Below, piece by piece: positions 1 to 8,690 of a stretch of DNA of 32,777 nucleotides. Below the pieces are notes generated by a model, which did no database searches, was not told the DNA's origin, and saw only the letters and a list, made by a program, of their open reading frames with translations. The stretch is from a virus (taxonomy: Duplodnaviria; Caudoviricetes), in IMG/VR virus record IMGVR_UViG_3300020042_004977, positions 1 to 32,777 of that record. One strand, 5' to 3'. Within the stretch, counting starts at the first letter, position 1. Every line of letters starts with the position of its first letter. The position numbers and the translations under genes were made by a program.

Positions 1-238
1 ATCCTATTCTCACATACTTCCTTGGTTTATCCACATTCATGGTCTTGGTGAAGTTGATGAATGTCTCATTGATTGACTTGCACATCAATGCATACTTCTT
101 CTTTGACATCTGCTTCACTTGTTCTTCATTCTTACCAGTTAGACATTGCACCAATAATGATGCTTTGTCTTCCATTGGGAAGTCCATCTGACTGATGTCA
201 TAAAGTTCTTGATACTTCTTGATTGATATCTTCATCAT
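1..238 (-). CDS. Partial ORF (runs off window start); probable N-terminal half of the tail assembly chaperone
   Basis: Not in the ORF track; translated by hand as open from ATG at 238 (MMKISIKKYQELYDISQMDFPMEDKASLLVQCLTGKNEEQVKQMSKKKY...KPRKYVRIG). Follows TerL. Plausibly joins the N-truncated ORF at 31900-32220. Confidence 0.7.
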   Translation of the reverse strand, partial: MMKISIKKYQELYDISQMDFPMEDKASLLVQCLTGKNEEQVKQMSKKKYALMCKSINETFINFTKTMNVDKPRKYVRIG

Positions 239-269
239 ATTATAATGGGGATTTTTGTCAATGTTCAAT

Positions 270-1430
270 TTAAATGAAATGATATATTCCTATGTTTGCA
301 TTCTTCTGTCTGCATTTGTTTGCCAATGCCAAAGCATTTGTGCAGTCATCATGGAATCCTTGTGGTGCATTATATCTCACACCAGTTGGTGTGTACACGT
401 ATTCAAAGACTTCCAGTTCTTCTCTGATTGCACCATCTGGGAATCCTATCTCCTTCTTCTGGATGGAAGATGCAAGTAATTCCATAAGTTGTTGTTTGCT
501 GGTGGATGTGTACTTGAACCCTTCCATGTGATTGAAGTGTTTCTGAAGGTCTTCAGTTATGGCATCACCCACACCAGTTGAATCAATCAGCACTGGTCTG
601 CTTCTGTCAATTTGTAGGATTGTTTCCTTGGTCTGTTTCCAGTCCTTCTGGAATCTGTCAAAGAATGCCACATCACCATTGGCATCAAGTCCAATGATGA
701 CTGACCAGTCAACAGACTTTGCAAGATCAATTCCATAGAATGCAACTGGATTCTTGGACAAAGGTTTGATGCATTCCAGTATGTGTTGACTGCCAAATGG
801 ATTGGATGCATTCTCCATGGCATTGGCAAGATATTCTTGTTCAAATACTACTGATGGCAATTGTCTTCTTGCATCATCAATCTCTGACTTGTCAATGTAT
901 GGATTGTCATAAGTAGTGTACTTGAATGATGACCAGTCTTTCTCCATGGTGTATCCTTTCAAGTATAGTGAGTAAAAGTAGTTCTTTCCCTTTGGTGTGG
1001 ATAGGAACAATGCCTTCCCTTTATAATCAGTCAAAGTTGGTCTGATGGAATTTAACCATCCATCTTCCAGATTGGGGATGAAGGATGCTTCATCTATTAT
1101 GACCAGATGAAATGGTCTTCCCCTTAAGTTGTCCAGTCTTTCACCAGTGAAGAATTGGACAGAACCATCATTGGGGAATTTGACAATCAGTTCTGACTTG
1201 TTGTTCTCAAATGGAAGTATCTTGATTAGTTGGTCAAAGAATGCCTTTGCAAGTTGATAAGTTGGTGTGATGTATGCAACCCTTCTTCCTTCAATTGCTT
1301 CAAAGATGATTTCATAGTTTGCAAGTTCTGACTTCCCAAATCTTCTGCCACACATCACCACTCTGAACCTTGACTTGCAGTCAAAGATTGATTGTTGGTT
1401 GTCATGCAGTTCTGGTATCTCTATTTGCAA
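270..1430 (-). CDS. terL: Terminase large subunit
   Basis: Q-motif (LHDNQQ), Walker A CGRRFGKS, Walker B LVIIDEA, coupling motif LSTP, nuclease motifs GIDLA...D and HDD. Confidence 0.95.
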   Translation of the reverse strand: MQIEIPELHDNQQSIFDCKSRFRVVMCGRRFGKSELANYEIIFEAIEGRRVAYITPTYQLAKAFFDQLIKILPFENNKSELIVKFPNDGSVQFFTGERLDNLRGRPFHLVIIDEASFIPNLEDGWLNSIRPTLTDYKGKALFLSTPKGKNYFYSLYLKGYTMEKDWSSFKYTTYDNPYIDKSEIDDARRQLPSVVFEQEYLANAMENASNPFGSQHILECIKPLSKNPVAFYGIDLAKSVDWSVIIGLDANGDVAFFDRFQKDWKQTKETILQIDRSRPVLIDSTGVGDAITEDLQKHFNHMEGFKYTSTSKQQLMELLASSIQKKEIGFPDGAIREELEVFEYVYTPTGVRYNAPQGFHDDCTNALALANKCRQKNANIGIYHFI

Positions 1431-1645
1431 AGTAGTTTGATTATTAGTATCAGCAATGCACCATAGATGGTGTACAATAAGTCATTGATATCTGGTGTTC
1501 CTTTCTTGGTCACATAGTCAATCACTTCCTTTGCAGTTCCTATGGCAATGACTGGAATCAATGCCCATACTGGTGGCATGAATGATTGTGCAATCAAGTA
1601 GATAAGCATTCCAGCAATGAAGTGGTATTGTTTGTCTATTGGCAT
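1421..1645 (-). CDS. Small membrane protein (DK..HF...KE..D...DL type)
   Basis: Three hydrophobic segments; likely start is MPIDKQYHF at 1645. Confidence 0.65.
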   Translation of the reverse strand: MPIDKQYHFIAGMLIYLIAQSFMPPVWALIPVIAIGTAKEVIDYVTKKGTPDINDLLYTIYGALLILIIKLLCK

Positions 1646-1646
1646 A

Positions 1647-1916
1647 TTAAACGTATAAGGTAGCAAATAATAAGTTTGCAACTGCACCAATGAAGAACAT
1701 CATCCACACTTGGTTGATGACTGGTTGTTCATCAGTATTCCCAATCTTCTTTGGTCCAACTGCATAACCCTTGAACCCAAATATCAATCCAGAACCAATG
1801 AATGATGCCAACAGACACACGAATCCTTGATACCATTGCTGGTGATTTGTGAATATGAATGGATTGATTAACCCAACCAGTAATGCCATGCCCAATAGTT
1901 TCTTTAATACTTCCAT
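1647..1916 (-). CDS. Hypothetical membrane protein (3 predicted TM segments)
   Basis: Hydrophobic segments; packed tightly between TerS and the next gene. Confidence 0.65.
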   Translation of the reverse strand: MEVLKKLLGMALLVGLINPFIFTNHQQWYQGFVCLLASFIGSGLIFGFKGYAVGPKKIGNTDEQPVINQVWMMFFIGAVANLLFATLYV

Positions 1917-1931
1917 GTTGTTTGTTTTAAA

Positions 1932-2312
1932 TTATAGAATAGTCTTTCCCTTTGTGATAATGAATTCAATCTTGCCATCATTGGTGACAGATGTTGTCTC
2001 CTTTGGTTTCCCATAAACCCTTGTAAGTAAAGTATCCAAGGAATACAAAGAACCATTCTTCATGCTCTTAATCATTGCACCAGCAATGGTCTTCTCCAGT
2101 ATGGTTGTGTCTGGATTCTTGTACACATCATTCAGTTCTTCAACTCGCATTGCCATCAGATTCTGGATGGTGTCATTGATTTCAGATAGTTTGTATCCAG
2201 CATCCTTCAAGATGGACACATACTTCCTTGGTCTTCCATTTGGATTCATTGTTTGTCCTTTTGCTGGTCTTGTCAATGAACCACCATGTGGTTGTATTTC
2301 TTGCTTTGCCAT
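1932..2312 (-). CDS. terS: Terminase small subunit (DUF5681-like N-terminus)
   Basis: KGQTMNPNGRPRK motif, C-terminal LLTRVYGKPK, position upstream of TerL. Confidence 0.8.
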   Translation of the reverse strand: MAKQEIQPHGGSLTRPAKGQTMNPNGRPRKYVSILKDAGYKLSEINDTIQNLMAMRVEELNDVYKNPDTTILEKTIAGAMIKSMKNGSLYSLDTLLTRVYGKPKETTSVTNDGKIEFIITKGKTIL

Positions 2313-2333
2313 ATCCGATGTATTACCGATGTT

Positions 2334-2603
2334 TTAACTTCTTTTTTTGGTAAGGTTTGCAATCATCTCATTGTGAATGCTTTGTAATATTTCAATGAAT
2401 TTCTTCTTGTCTCCATATCTCACATGGCATGTTCTGCACAATGCCATCAAGTTCTCAATTGTGTCCTTCGTTCCAGTTCCACCCATCCCCCTTGCATTGA
2501 TGTGATGAATGTCAACTGCCTTTGATTTGCATATCTCACATGGGATGAAGTCTGATTCATCATATCCCATCTTTGTCATGTACAATCTGGTGTATGGTCT
2601 CAT
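2334..2603 (-). CDS. HNH endonuclease (terminase-associated, HK97 gp74-like position)
   Basis: CEIC...DIHHI...NLMALCRTCH zinc/HNH signature directly upstream of TerS. Confidence 0.85.
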   Translation of the reverse strand: MRPYTRLYMTKMGYDESDFIPCEICKSKAVDIHHINARGMGGTGTKDTIENLMALCRTCHVRYGDKKKFIEILQSIHNEMIANLTKKRS

Positions 2604-2947
2604 AGTTTACTTTTGAAGTGATTGCATATTGTCTCCATCTGTCCTATGTAGTAAGTATTGAAGTCCTTGTATCCAAGATTGTCTTGTTCATAGTTCTTGT
2701 AAAGGATTGCTCTTAATCTTTGGGATGGTGACTTCATGTCATCATACTCTGTCTTCAGTGATTCAATGGAATCTATTTCAATCTTGCTGAATGGTTCTGC
2801 CTTAAGTCCTATGTAGATGAATTGTTGGTTCATCTGGAATACTTCTGCAAACTCATTAGGTGACAATTCTTGTGTTCCAATTGATAGTCTGATGGTTTTG
2901 TCCTTCCTTGTTGTCAATCCTTCAAGGATTCCAGCAATCATAATCAT
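2600..2947 (-). CDS. Hypothetical phage protein
   Basis: ATGA-coupled to the HNH gene; phage-typical codon usage. Confidence 0.65.
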   Translation of the reverse strand: MIMIAGILEGLTTRKDKTIRLSIGTQELSPNEFAEVFQMNQQFIYIGLKAEPFSKIEIDSIESLKTEYDDMKSPSQRLRAILYKNYEQDNLGYKDFNTYYIGQMETICNHFKSKL

Positions 2948-2951
2948 GGTA

Positions 2952-3593
2952 TTATTTTTTTAGATAGTCATTGTTTATCCACACTGAATCAAATTGATGT
3001 CCATCAATAAAGTCTTCATAAGTGATTTCAATCAAGGTGAATCCGTTTTCAGTTAAAAAATCAACAACCACATCATGCAACTTCTGGTTCTTGAAGAATT
3101 CATAGTTCTCTGTCTCAATATGCATTATCTTGATGGTCTTCAGCATATCACCCATGCTTTTGAATATCTCAAAGGTTGCACCTTCAACATCAATCTTCAC
3201 CATGTCAAGTGAATCTATCTTGTAGTTCTCACATATTGACTTCATGGTGTAGCATTTGAGATTCAATGTAGTTGTTCCAAAATATTCACCCCTATCAAAG
3301 ATGCCATGGATACCATTGATGTTTTTTTGATGGTATGTAATTTCACCATCATAATCTGCAACAACTGCATTGATTGGTGTAATGGTTTTTAAGTCTTTTA
3401 GAAAGTTGTTGTAGTTGTCTGGAAGTCCTTCAATACAAAATACATTGGAATCTGGATATTGACTTTTCAAGAATAATGCATCAGCACCATCCATTGAACC
3501 AATCTCCATGATGTTTTTTATCTCACTTTCATCAAAGTGTTGTTTTGCCAGTTCAGCAAACATTGCCATGTTTATTCTTTCATTTTTCATCAT
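2952..3593 (-). CDS. FkbM-family SAM-dependent methyltransferase
   Basis: EIGSMDG motif I, CIEG..DNY, and the KIDVEGA signature. Confidence 0.85.
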   Translation of the reverse strand: MMKNERINMAMFAELAKQHFDESEIKNIMEIGSMDGADALFLKSQYPDSNVFCIEGLPDNYNNFLKDLKTITPINAVVADYDGEITYHQKNINGIHGIFDRGEYFGTTTLNLKCYTMKSICENYKIDSLDMVKIDVEGATFEIFKSMGDMLKTIKIMHIETENYEFFKNQKLHDVVVDFLTENGFTLIEITYEDFIDGHQFDSVWINNDYLKK

Positions 3594-3595
3594 AG

Positions 3596-4243
3596 TTATT
3601 TTCTTTTAAATAGTTGTCTGTCTTGTATTGAATATCCATTTTCTTCATAATACTTTGCCCAATAGTTCCACTTGTCTTCTGCCAATGACAATCCTTCATC
3701 TTTCATCTTTCTGTATTCTGTACCATTGCCAACATCATGTCCAATGTGTTCTTGTTTCAAGTTAGGTATGTAGTAGTTGATGTATCCAGAATTGTTCAAT
3801 CTCAATGCATAGTCTGCATCTTGCATTCCATAGGGATCATGGTCTTCATTCATGTATCCAATGTGTTCAATTACTTTCATTGGTATAAGTACATTGGCAA
3901 ATGCAGTGTATGTTGGGTGAATCATCAGTCCATTCATTTCAATCTGATGTCCTAATGATTCCACACAATGAATGCCACACATACCAGTGTTGGGAATTGT
4001 TTGTGCATAGTGAACCATGTGTCTCAACCAGTTGTCTGGAAGTTGAATGTCATTTGCACCATACACAATGGCATCATATCCATTCTTTTTGGCAAAGTCA
4101 AAACCATCATTTGTTGCAGTTGCAATCCCAAACTTGTCAATAGTTATCAAGTCAAATGGATATCCAGCATCAGCAATTGACTTCAATGATTGTTTGGTGA
4201 AGTCATGTCTTAAGTAGTCCAAAAAAATTACAAGTACTTTCAT
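3596..4243 (-). CDS. GT-A fold (GT2-like) glycosyltransferase
   Basis: GIATATNDG...AIVYGANDIQLPDNWL (degenerate DxD), IEHIGYMNE...YGMQDADYALRL, terminal EHIGH. Confidence 0.75.
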   Translation of the reverse strand: MKVLVIFLDYLRHDFTKQSLKSIADAGYPFDLITIDKFGIATATNDGFDFAKKNGYDAIVYGANDIQLPDNWLRHMVHYAQTIPNTGMCGIHCVESLGHQIEMNGLMIHPTYTAFANVLIPMKVIEHIGYMNEDHDPYGMQDADYALRLNNSGYINYYIPNLKQEHIGHDVGNGTEYRKMKDEGLSLAEDKWNYWAKYYEENGYSIQDRQLFKRK

Positions 4244-4476
4244 TTCATTTTTTCATTATAGTATTGATAAACTTGTTGTAGCATCTCAACCACACATGCA
4301 GAACAACTTGCATTGTAGTGATAATGTGGATGTTCTACTCTGTATGCATTAACAATCTCTTCCTTGATATGTGGATGCAGATTGACTACTTCTTCAGTTT
4401 GCACAAACAAGTCATAGATATGCTTATGTTGTGATAAGACTTGTAAATGTGGTTCTACGTTCTTTGTTGATTTCAT
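4240..4476 (-). CDS. Small protein with CxxC motif
   Basis: Likely start MKSTKN at 4476; C-terminal SCSACVVEML; ATGA-coupled to the GT2 gene. Confidence 0.6.
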   Translation of the reverse strand: MKSTKNVEPHLQVLSQHKHIYDLFVQTEEVVNLHPHIKEEIVNAYRVEHPHYHYNASCSACVVEMLQQVYQYYNEKMK

Positions 4477-5434
4477 GTAAGTTGTATTTATTTTTTGCCC
4501 ATTCGTTAAGTCTTTGACCATAGTCTTCCCTTGCATTCTTGTTGTTTATTAAGAAGTTCATGTGTTTGAACCAGTCTGTCTGGTTCTTTGCCCATAGCAC
4601 TGGTGCATCATGGTCATTGATGTATGGTTCAACTGCTGATACAATACATGGAATTGACTTGACTGATGCTTCCAATATCTTCAAATTTGACTTACATGCT
4701 GACCAGTTATTCTGTACTAATGGAATTAGCATGATGTCTGCATGTTCATAAAGTTGCATGTACTTGTCTGGTGTTGTTCCCTTGATGATGGTATAAGGAA
4801 GTTGTCTTGCTGATGTAAAATGACCAACCATTCTTTCCCACACATATCTTGAACCATTTGAAGAATCATCATATCCACCAATGACCATCTTGATTTTGTC
4901 AGCATGTCCAGACAATCTTCTTATTGGATTCTTCAGCAGTTCCAAGTCATGCTCATGTGTAATTCCACCACACCAGAACAATCTTATCTTTTCATCTTCC
5001 ACTTTGTCATCCACAAATTGATGCCCACCAAATGGAATGGCATTTGGAAAGATATGGACATTGTGATTGAATGGTCTTATCTCTTCTGCAAGTCTTTCAT
5101 TTGTACAAGTCACCATATCTGCCATCCTTATGTTGTTCTCAATTCTTGGTCTCCATTGTTCATATCCATCATACAATAGATGGTTTCTTGGAAGTTTCCA
5201 GTCATCATCCATGTCAAGAATAATCTTGCAGTTCATCTGGTCTTTTACCATTTCAAGATTGTCATCAAATGGGGATAAACGATTGTAGAATACAATATCC
5301 CATCCAGTTCCAATGACTTCTTCAGTTGGCATGTTGGTCACAAGTCCTTTGACATCAGACATAAATCCCAATGGAAGTACAACCCTATGAAAACCACATC
5401 CAGAATGTGGATGTGATATACCAAGTATCTTCAT
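4424..5434 (-). CDS. GT-B fold (GT4-like) glycosyltransferase
   Basis: SGCGFHR, DMDDDW, ADMVTCTNERLA..I...NVHIFPNAI, DIMLIPL...KSNLKILEA...PCIVS motifs. Confidence 0.85.
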   Translation of the reverse strand: MKILGISHPHSGCGFHRVVLPLGFMSDVKGLVTNMPTEEVIGTGWDIVFYNRLSPFDDNLEMVKDQMNCKIILDMDDDWKLPRNHLLYDGYEQWRPRIENNIRMADMVTCTNERLAEEIRPFNHNVHIFPNAIPFGGHQFVDDKVEDEKIRLFWCGGITHEHDLELLKNPIRRLSGHADKIKMVIGGYDDSSNGSRYVWERMVGHFTSARQLPYTIIKGTTPDKYMQLYEHADIMLIPLVQNNWSACKSNLKILEASVKSIPCIVSAVEPYINDHDAPVLWAKNQTDWFKHMNFLINNKNAREDYGQRLNEWAKNKYNLHEINKERRTTFTSLITT

Positions 5435-5683
5435 TTATTTAATTTTATAACCAACAAACCCAGCAGTGAATATGACTGCAATGAATTTGACAATCACTAC
5501 TGGTGTAAAAAATAGAATCAATGCAATCCAGACTGATAGACATGTCACACAATCCAAAGGTTTCAATCTTTTTCCCCATGGATATTTCAATTTCTTTTTT
5601 ATCCAAGATGGAATTCCAGCAATGTTGACAAAGTAGTATGAGAATACAAAAGATGCTAATACTATTAGTAAGATGTGTTTCAT
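5435..5683 (-). CDS. Membrane protein with KPLDCVTCLSVW motif (DUF1360-like)
   Basis: TM segments flanking a CxxC-x3-W motif. Confidence 0.65.
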   Translation of the reverse strand: MKHILLIVLASFVFSYYFVNIAGIPSWIKKKLKYPWGKRLKPLDCVTCLSVWIALILFFTPVVIVKFIAVIFTAGFVGYKIK

Positions 5684-5826
5684 ATCTTTTCAAGTTTATA
5701 CCAAATAACAAATGCCAATATTTGAATTGACAATGGAATGATATCTGCTGGATAAGAAAAGAATATTGCCAATGGAAACATTCCTATAATTTTAAATAGT
5801 TTTTTATATTTTAGTAAGTGTTTCAT
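5680..5826 (-). CDS. 48-aa membrane protein (below ORF-track cutoff)
   Basis: Hand translation MKHLLKYKKLFKIIGMFPLAIFFSYPADIIPLSIQILAFVIWYKLEKI*; ATGA overlaps at both ends fill the gap exactly. Confidence 0.6.
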   Translation of the reverse strand: MKHLLKYKKLFKIIGMFPLAIFFSYPADIIPLSIQILAFVIWYKLEKI

Positions 5827-6029
5827 ATCTTTTCTATTTCAATTTTGACTTGTTCCCAATATGACTTCCAATCCCAATCCAACCATCCTTGCATGTGTTC
5901 ATCTATGAATGCAACTACTTCATCTACTGCAATCAATGCACAATCCTTTGCATTTTTTGTGTAGTCACATTCATAACATGCAAACATGCATCTATCAAAG
6001 ATGTATTGTGCTTTTTCTTTTGGTGTCAT
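5823..6029 (-). CDS. Hypothetical phage protein (MTPKEKA...CALIAVDE...YW..VK.EIEK type)
   Basis: ATGA-coupled; pattern familiar from aquatic phages. Confidence 0.7.
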   Translation of the reverse strand: MTPKEKAQYIFDRCMFACYECDYTKNAKDCALIAVDEVVAFIDEHMQGWLDWDWKSYWEQVKIEIEKI

Positions 6030-6223
6030 AATTTGTCAACTTCAGTGATTAAATCATTGTAGTACTCCAAGTTCTTTTCAATGTCTTGTATCTGTTCCAG
6101 AATGTGAAGGTTGATGACCTTCTTGACAAATGACTTGTTCATCTCTTCTGTACAATTTTCTTCATCAATTATCCATTCACCAAAGTCTTTGTACAATTGT
6201 TCTGCTTTTTGTTTTGTTGTCAT
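6026..6223 (-). CDS. Hypothetical phage protein
   Basis: ATGA-coupled; N-terminus resembles the adjacent gene. Confidence 0.6.
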   Translation of the reverse strand: MTTKQKAEQLYKDFGEWIIDEENCTEEMNKSFVKKVINLHILEQIQDIEKNLEYYNDLITEVDKL

Positions 6224-6735
6224 GATTTTGTAAGTATGGTTTTTAGTTCTTTTTTAGTTTTTCTGACTACTATGCTGACATGAAGATGTGGGATTCCAAA
6301 GTACTTTGCAACTTTATTGCAAGACTTAAGTTCCACATACTTGCTAAATATGATAGATTCGTGTGCATCATTAGCATTCAATGTCAACTTGTGTTCCAGA
6401 ACCTTCCTTGCAACATTTGCTTGTTGTACTGGTATGTCCTTTCCTTCAAATGATTTCATGTATTCAAATGCATTGTCAACATCACTCTTCTTGAATACCT
6501 TGTAAAATTCTCCTTTTGTATGTGTTCCCATCATCCAGACAATCTTCAATACAAATGCAATGATGTTTCCTTCTGCTTCAATTCTCTTCAACTTGTCACA
6601 ATCATAATTCAGCAGAACCAATGCAACTTCTTGTCTCAAATCATCTTGCAGTTGTGTTGGTCTTATATTTCCAATCAGTTCATTGACCTTTGGATGCAAG
6701 TATATTTTTTCAATTATGGATGAACATGGATTCAT
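6220..6735 (-). CDS. ECF sigma factor-like protein (probable late-gene regulator)
   Basis: Region-2-like LQDDLRQEVALVLL and region-4 HTH SCNKVAKYFGIP..HVSIVVRKTKKEL; sits at the early/late boundary. Confidence 0.65.
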   Translation of the reverse strand: MNPCSSIIEKIYLHPKVNELIGNIRPTQLQDDLRQEVALVLLNYDCDKLKRIEAEGNIIAFVLKIVWMMGTHTKGEFYKVFKKSDVDNAFEYMKSFEGKDIPVQQANVARKVLEHKLTLNANDAHESIIFSKYVELKSCNKVAKYFGIPHLHVSIVVRKTKKELKTILTKS

Positions 6736-6750
6736 TTGAATTAATCAAAT

Positions 6751-7035
6751 TTAAGTATTTATTTTTAGTAATACATACACATCTTGTACACATTCACACA
6801 CAATAATCTGACCAAACCATGACTGGTGGAATCTTATTTCATCTTCTGTCAACTTCTTTTGTGACTTGGTCTTTGCACCATCTTTGATTTCCACCAGATA
6901 GTTGATCCCTTTGTATCCAATTACAATGTCTGGGAATCCCTTTCCAATTGTGTGTGTTGAAAATACTGATAAGGAAGGAATCTTTCTTATGGCATCAACT
7001 ATCTCTTTGTGGTTTGCATCAGTTCTTCTTATCAT
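6751..7035 (-). CDS. VRR-NUC-like nuclease / Holliday junction resolvase
   Basis: RTDANH, GFPDIVIG...LVEIK...KLT.DE..F...W PD-(D/E)xK signature. Confidence 0.8.
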   Translation of the reverse strand: MIRRTDANHKEIVDAIRKIPSLSVFSTHTIGKGFPDIVIGYKGINYLVEIKDGAKTKSQKKLTEDEIRFHQSWFGQIIVCECVQDVYVLLKINT

Positions 7036-7342
7036 GTTTCATGATTTTGTCAATAAATTCTTCAACTTGGTTTCTTTGGTCTTCATCCAGATATATCAAC
7101 TTGTCATTGATGGATTCTATTATGAAGGAATCTGCAAGTTCTTTCTTCAAAATTAACCTATTTTCTGGTGTCAATTTATGGTCAATTGAATTGATTATGA
7201 CATCACACTTGATGATGTATGAATTGAATAGTTCCTTGGTTGTAGAACCACAATCCCTTTTGACATCTTCAAAATAAACTTTCGCATTGTTGATGTGGTG
7301 CAATGCCTTTGCAAGACTGAATGTGTTGTCACTGAAGTTCAT
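7019..7342 (-). CDS. Hypothetical phage protein
   Basis: Coupled ORF between the MTase and VRR-NUC genes. Confidence 0.6.
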   Translation of the reverse strand: MNFSDNTFSLAKALHHINNAKVYFEDVKRDCGSTTKELFNSYIIKCDVIINSIDHKLTPENRLILKKELADSFIIESINDKLIYLDEDQRNQVEEFIDKIMKHDKKN

Positions 7343-7980
7343 AAAAATAAAGTAGTTTGTGTTGTTTTTTTACCATTGTACATATTCCTTGCACAATCAA
7401 ATATTGTTTTACCAGCAGTATAATCAACAAGGTTTCTTGCAATTTTATCTATTCTTTGTTTCCCTTTATATTTTGTAAAATCGTAATTATGAAATTCACA
7501 TAAATCTTTAACTTTAGAATGTATAAATTTATTACATTTCCTATCCCCTAAATCATTTGGCAATTTAAAATTTGTCCAATATAAATGCTTACCTCTTTTT
7601 TGTGCTTGTATCAATGGTTCATAATATGGAATTACATTTTCTACACAATATTTCCCTTTATAAAAATTGTCTAAAAAAATAATTTCTTCATAAAGTTTCA
7701 TATCTGGATAACTTGCTTTACTTTTTCTTTCTCCTACACCAGTATTTGTTTTTCTCATTCTTGAATGACTTGGACAAGGTGGTGATGACCAAATGAAGTC
7801 AAATTCTTTGTAGTGTTCAAGAAGATATTGATGTGCATCAGTAACAATCACAATGTCATTTGGAAATCTTTCTTGATATAATTTAGCAAGATGTTCATCC
7901 CATTCAATTGCAGTCACTTGGCAGTTATCCCAAAGTAAACGATTCCCACCAAGACATGCATACAAGTTTAATACTTTCAT
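7339..7980 (-). CDS. Compact DNA (cytosine-5)-methyltransferase
   Basis: Start MKVLNLYACLGG (motif I) at 7980, TAIE (II), TDA (III), SSPPCPSHS (IV), VENV (VI), ARNLV (X-like). Confidence 0.85.
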   Translation of the reverse strand: MKVLNLYACLGGNRLLWDNCQVTAIEWDEHLAKLYQERFPNDIVIVTDAHQYLLEHYKEFDFIWSSPPCPSHSRMRKTNTGVGERKSKASYPDMKLYEEIIFLDNFYKGKYCVENVIPYYEPLIQAQKRGKHLYWTNFKLPNDLGDRKCNKFIHSKVKDLCEFHNYDFTKYKGKQRIDKIARNLVDYTAGKTIFDCARNMYNGKKTTQTTLFL

Positions 7981-8462
7981 AAGTTGTATTTGTAATATTC
8001 TGAAATCCCAGTTGGTCTGGTTGTCTTTCCCAATTGCCAAGATTCCACTTCCTTCTTTTCGCATCTGTAAATGTCACAAACATTCTGACAATGCAACTTG
8101 ATGAAGACATAGTGTGTGATGTTTTTACCAACTTTGTTGTGTGGTTTCAATCCCATAGATAAAAATCTTGTATCCTTTCCAATGGTCTTGACATCAATGA
8201 AGTACTTATCTTCAACAATTACATCTGGACCAACAATTGGTTTATCAGAAAACAATTTACTTGTTGTGTACTTTTTACCATTGATTTCTAAATACAAGAA
8301 GAATATCAATTCACCTAATGAACCAATGACATTGTAGATATCTGGTCTGATGTATTCTGGTTTTGATTTTTCAAGTTCTTTACATGATTGAATTCTATGT
8401 TTTGCACTCATTTCAGCAATCTCATTCAACCAGTCTGGATATTTGAATTTTGTAGGTGTCAT
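7977..8462 (-). CDS. PD-(D/E)xK-like putative nuclease
   Basis: GSLGELIF...GPDVIV...IDVKT pattern. Confidence 0.55.
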   Translation of the reverse strand: MTPTKFKYPDWLNEIAEMSAKHRIQSCKELEKSKPEYIRPDIYNVIGSLGELIFFLYLEINGKKYTTSKLFSDKPIVGPDVIVEDKYFIDVKTIGKDTRFLSMGLKPHNKVGKNITHYVFIKLHCQNVCDIYRCEKKEVESWQLGKTTRPTGISEYYKYNL

Positions 8463-8465
8463 GTT

Positions 8466-8687
8466 TTAATTTTTAAAGTTTTCTAAATAGTATTCTTTTG
8501 AATTTGTCTTTGGTACATTGTTGATATGGTAGTGATATTCATCTTCTTGACCTTCATCAAATGCATCCATGATTTGTTCCATCTCTTCTCGTAGAAGTGT
8601 TCTTTGTTGGTTCTGCATGAATTCATCAAATTCTTCTGATGACATGTTCTTCCAGTTCTCAATTATTTGTGTCACAATTGTTTCCAT
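8466..8687 (-). CDS. Hypothetical phage protein (E.EQIMDAF..G...YY.E.F type)
   Basis: Tightly packed ORF. Confidence 0.65.
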   Translation of the reverse strand: METIVTQIIENWKNMSSEEFDEFMQNQQRTLLREEMEQIMDAFDEGQEDEYHYHINNVPKTNSKEYYLENFKN

Positions 8688-8690
8688 AAT

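Noticed and set aside
2334-2603. HNH as a homing endonuclease or intron-encoded protein
   Set aside because: Small, free-standing and adjacent to TerS, which fits a packaging cofactor; neighbouring genes are intact.
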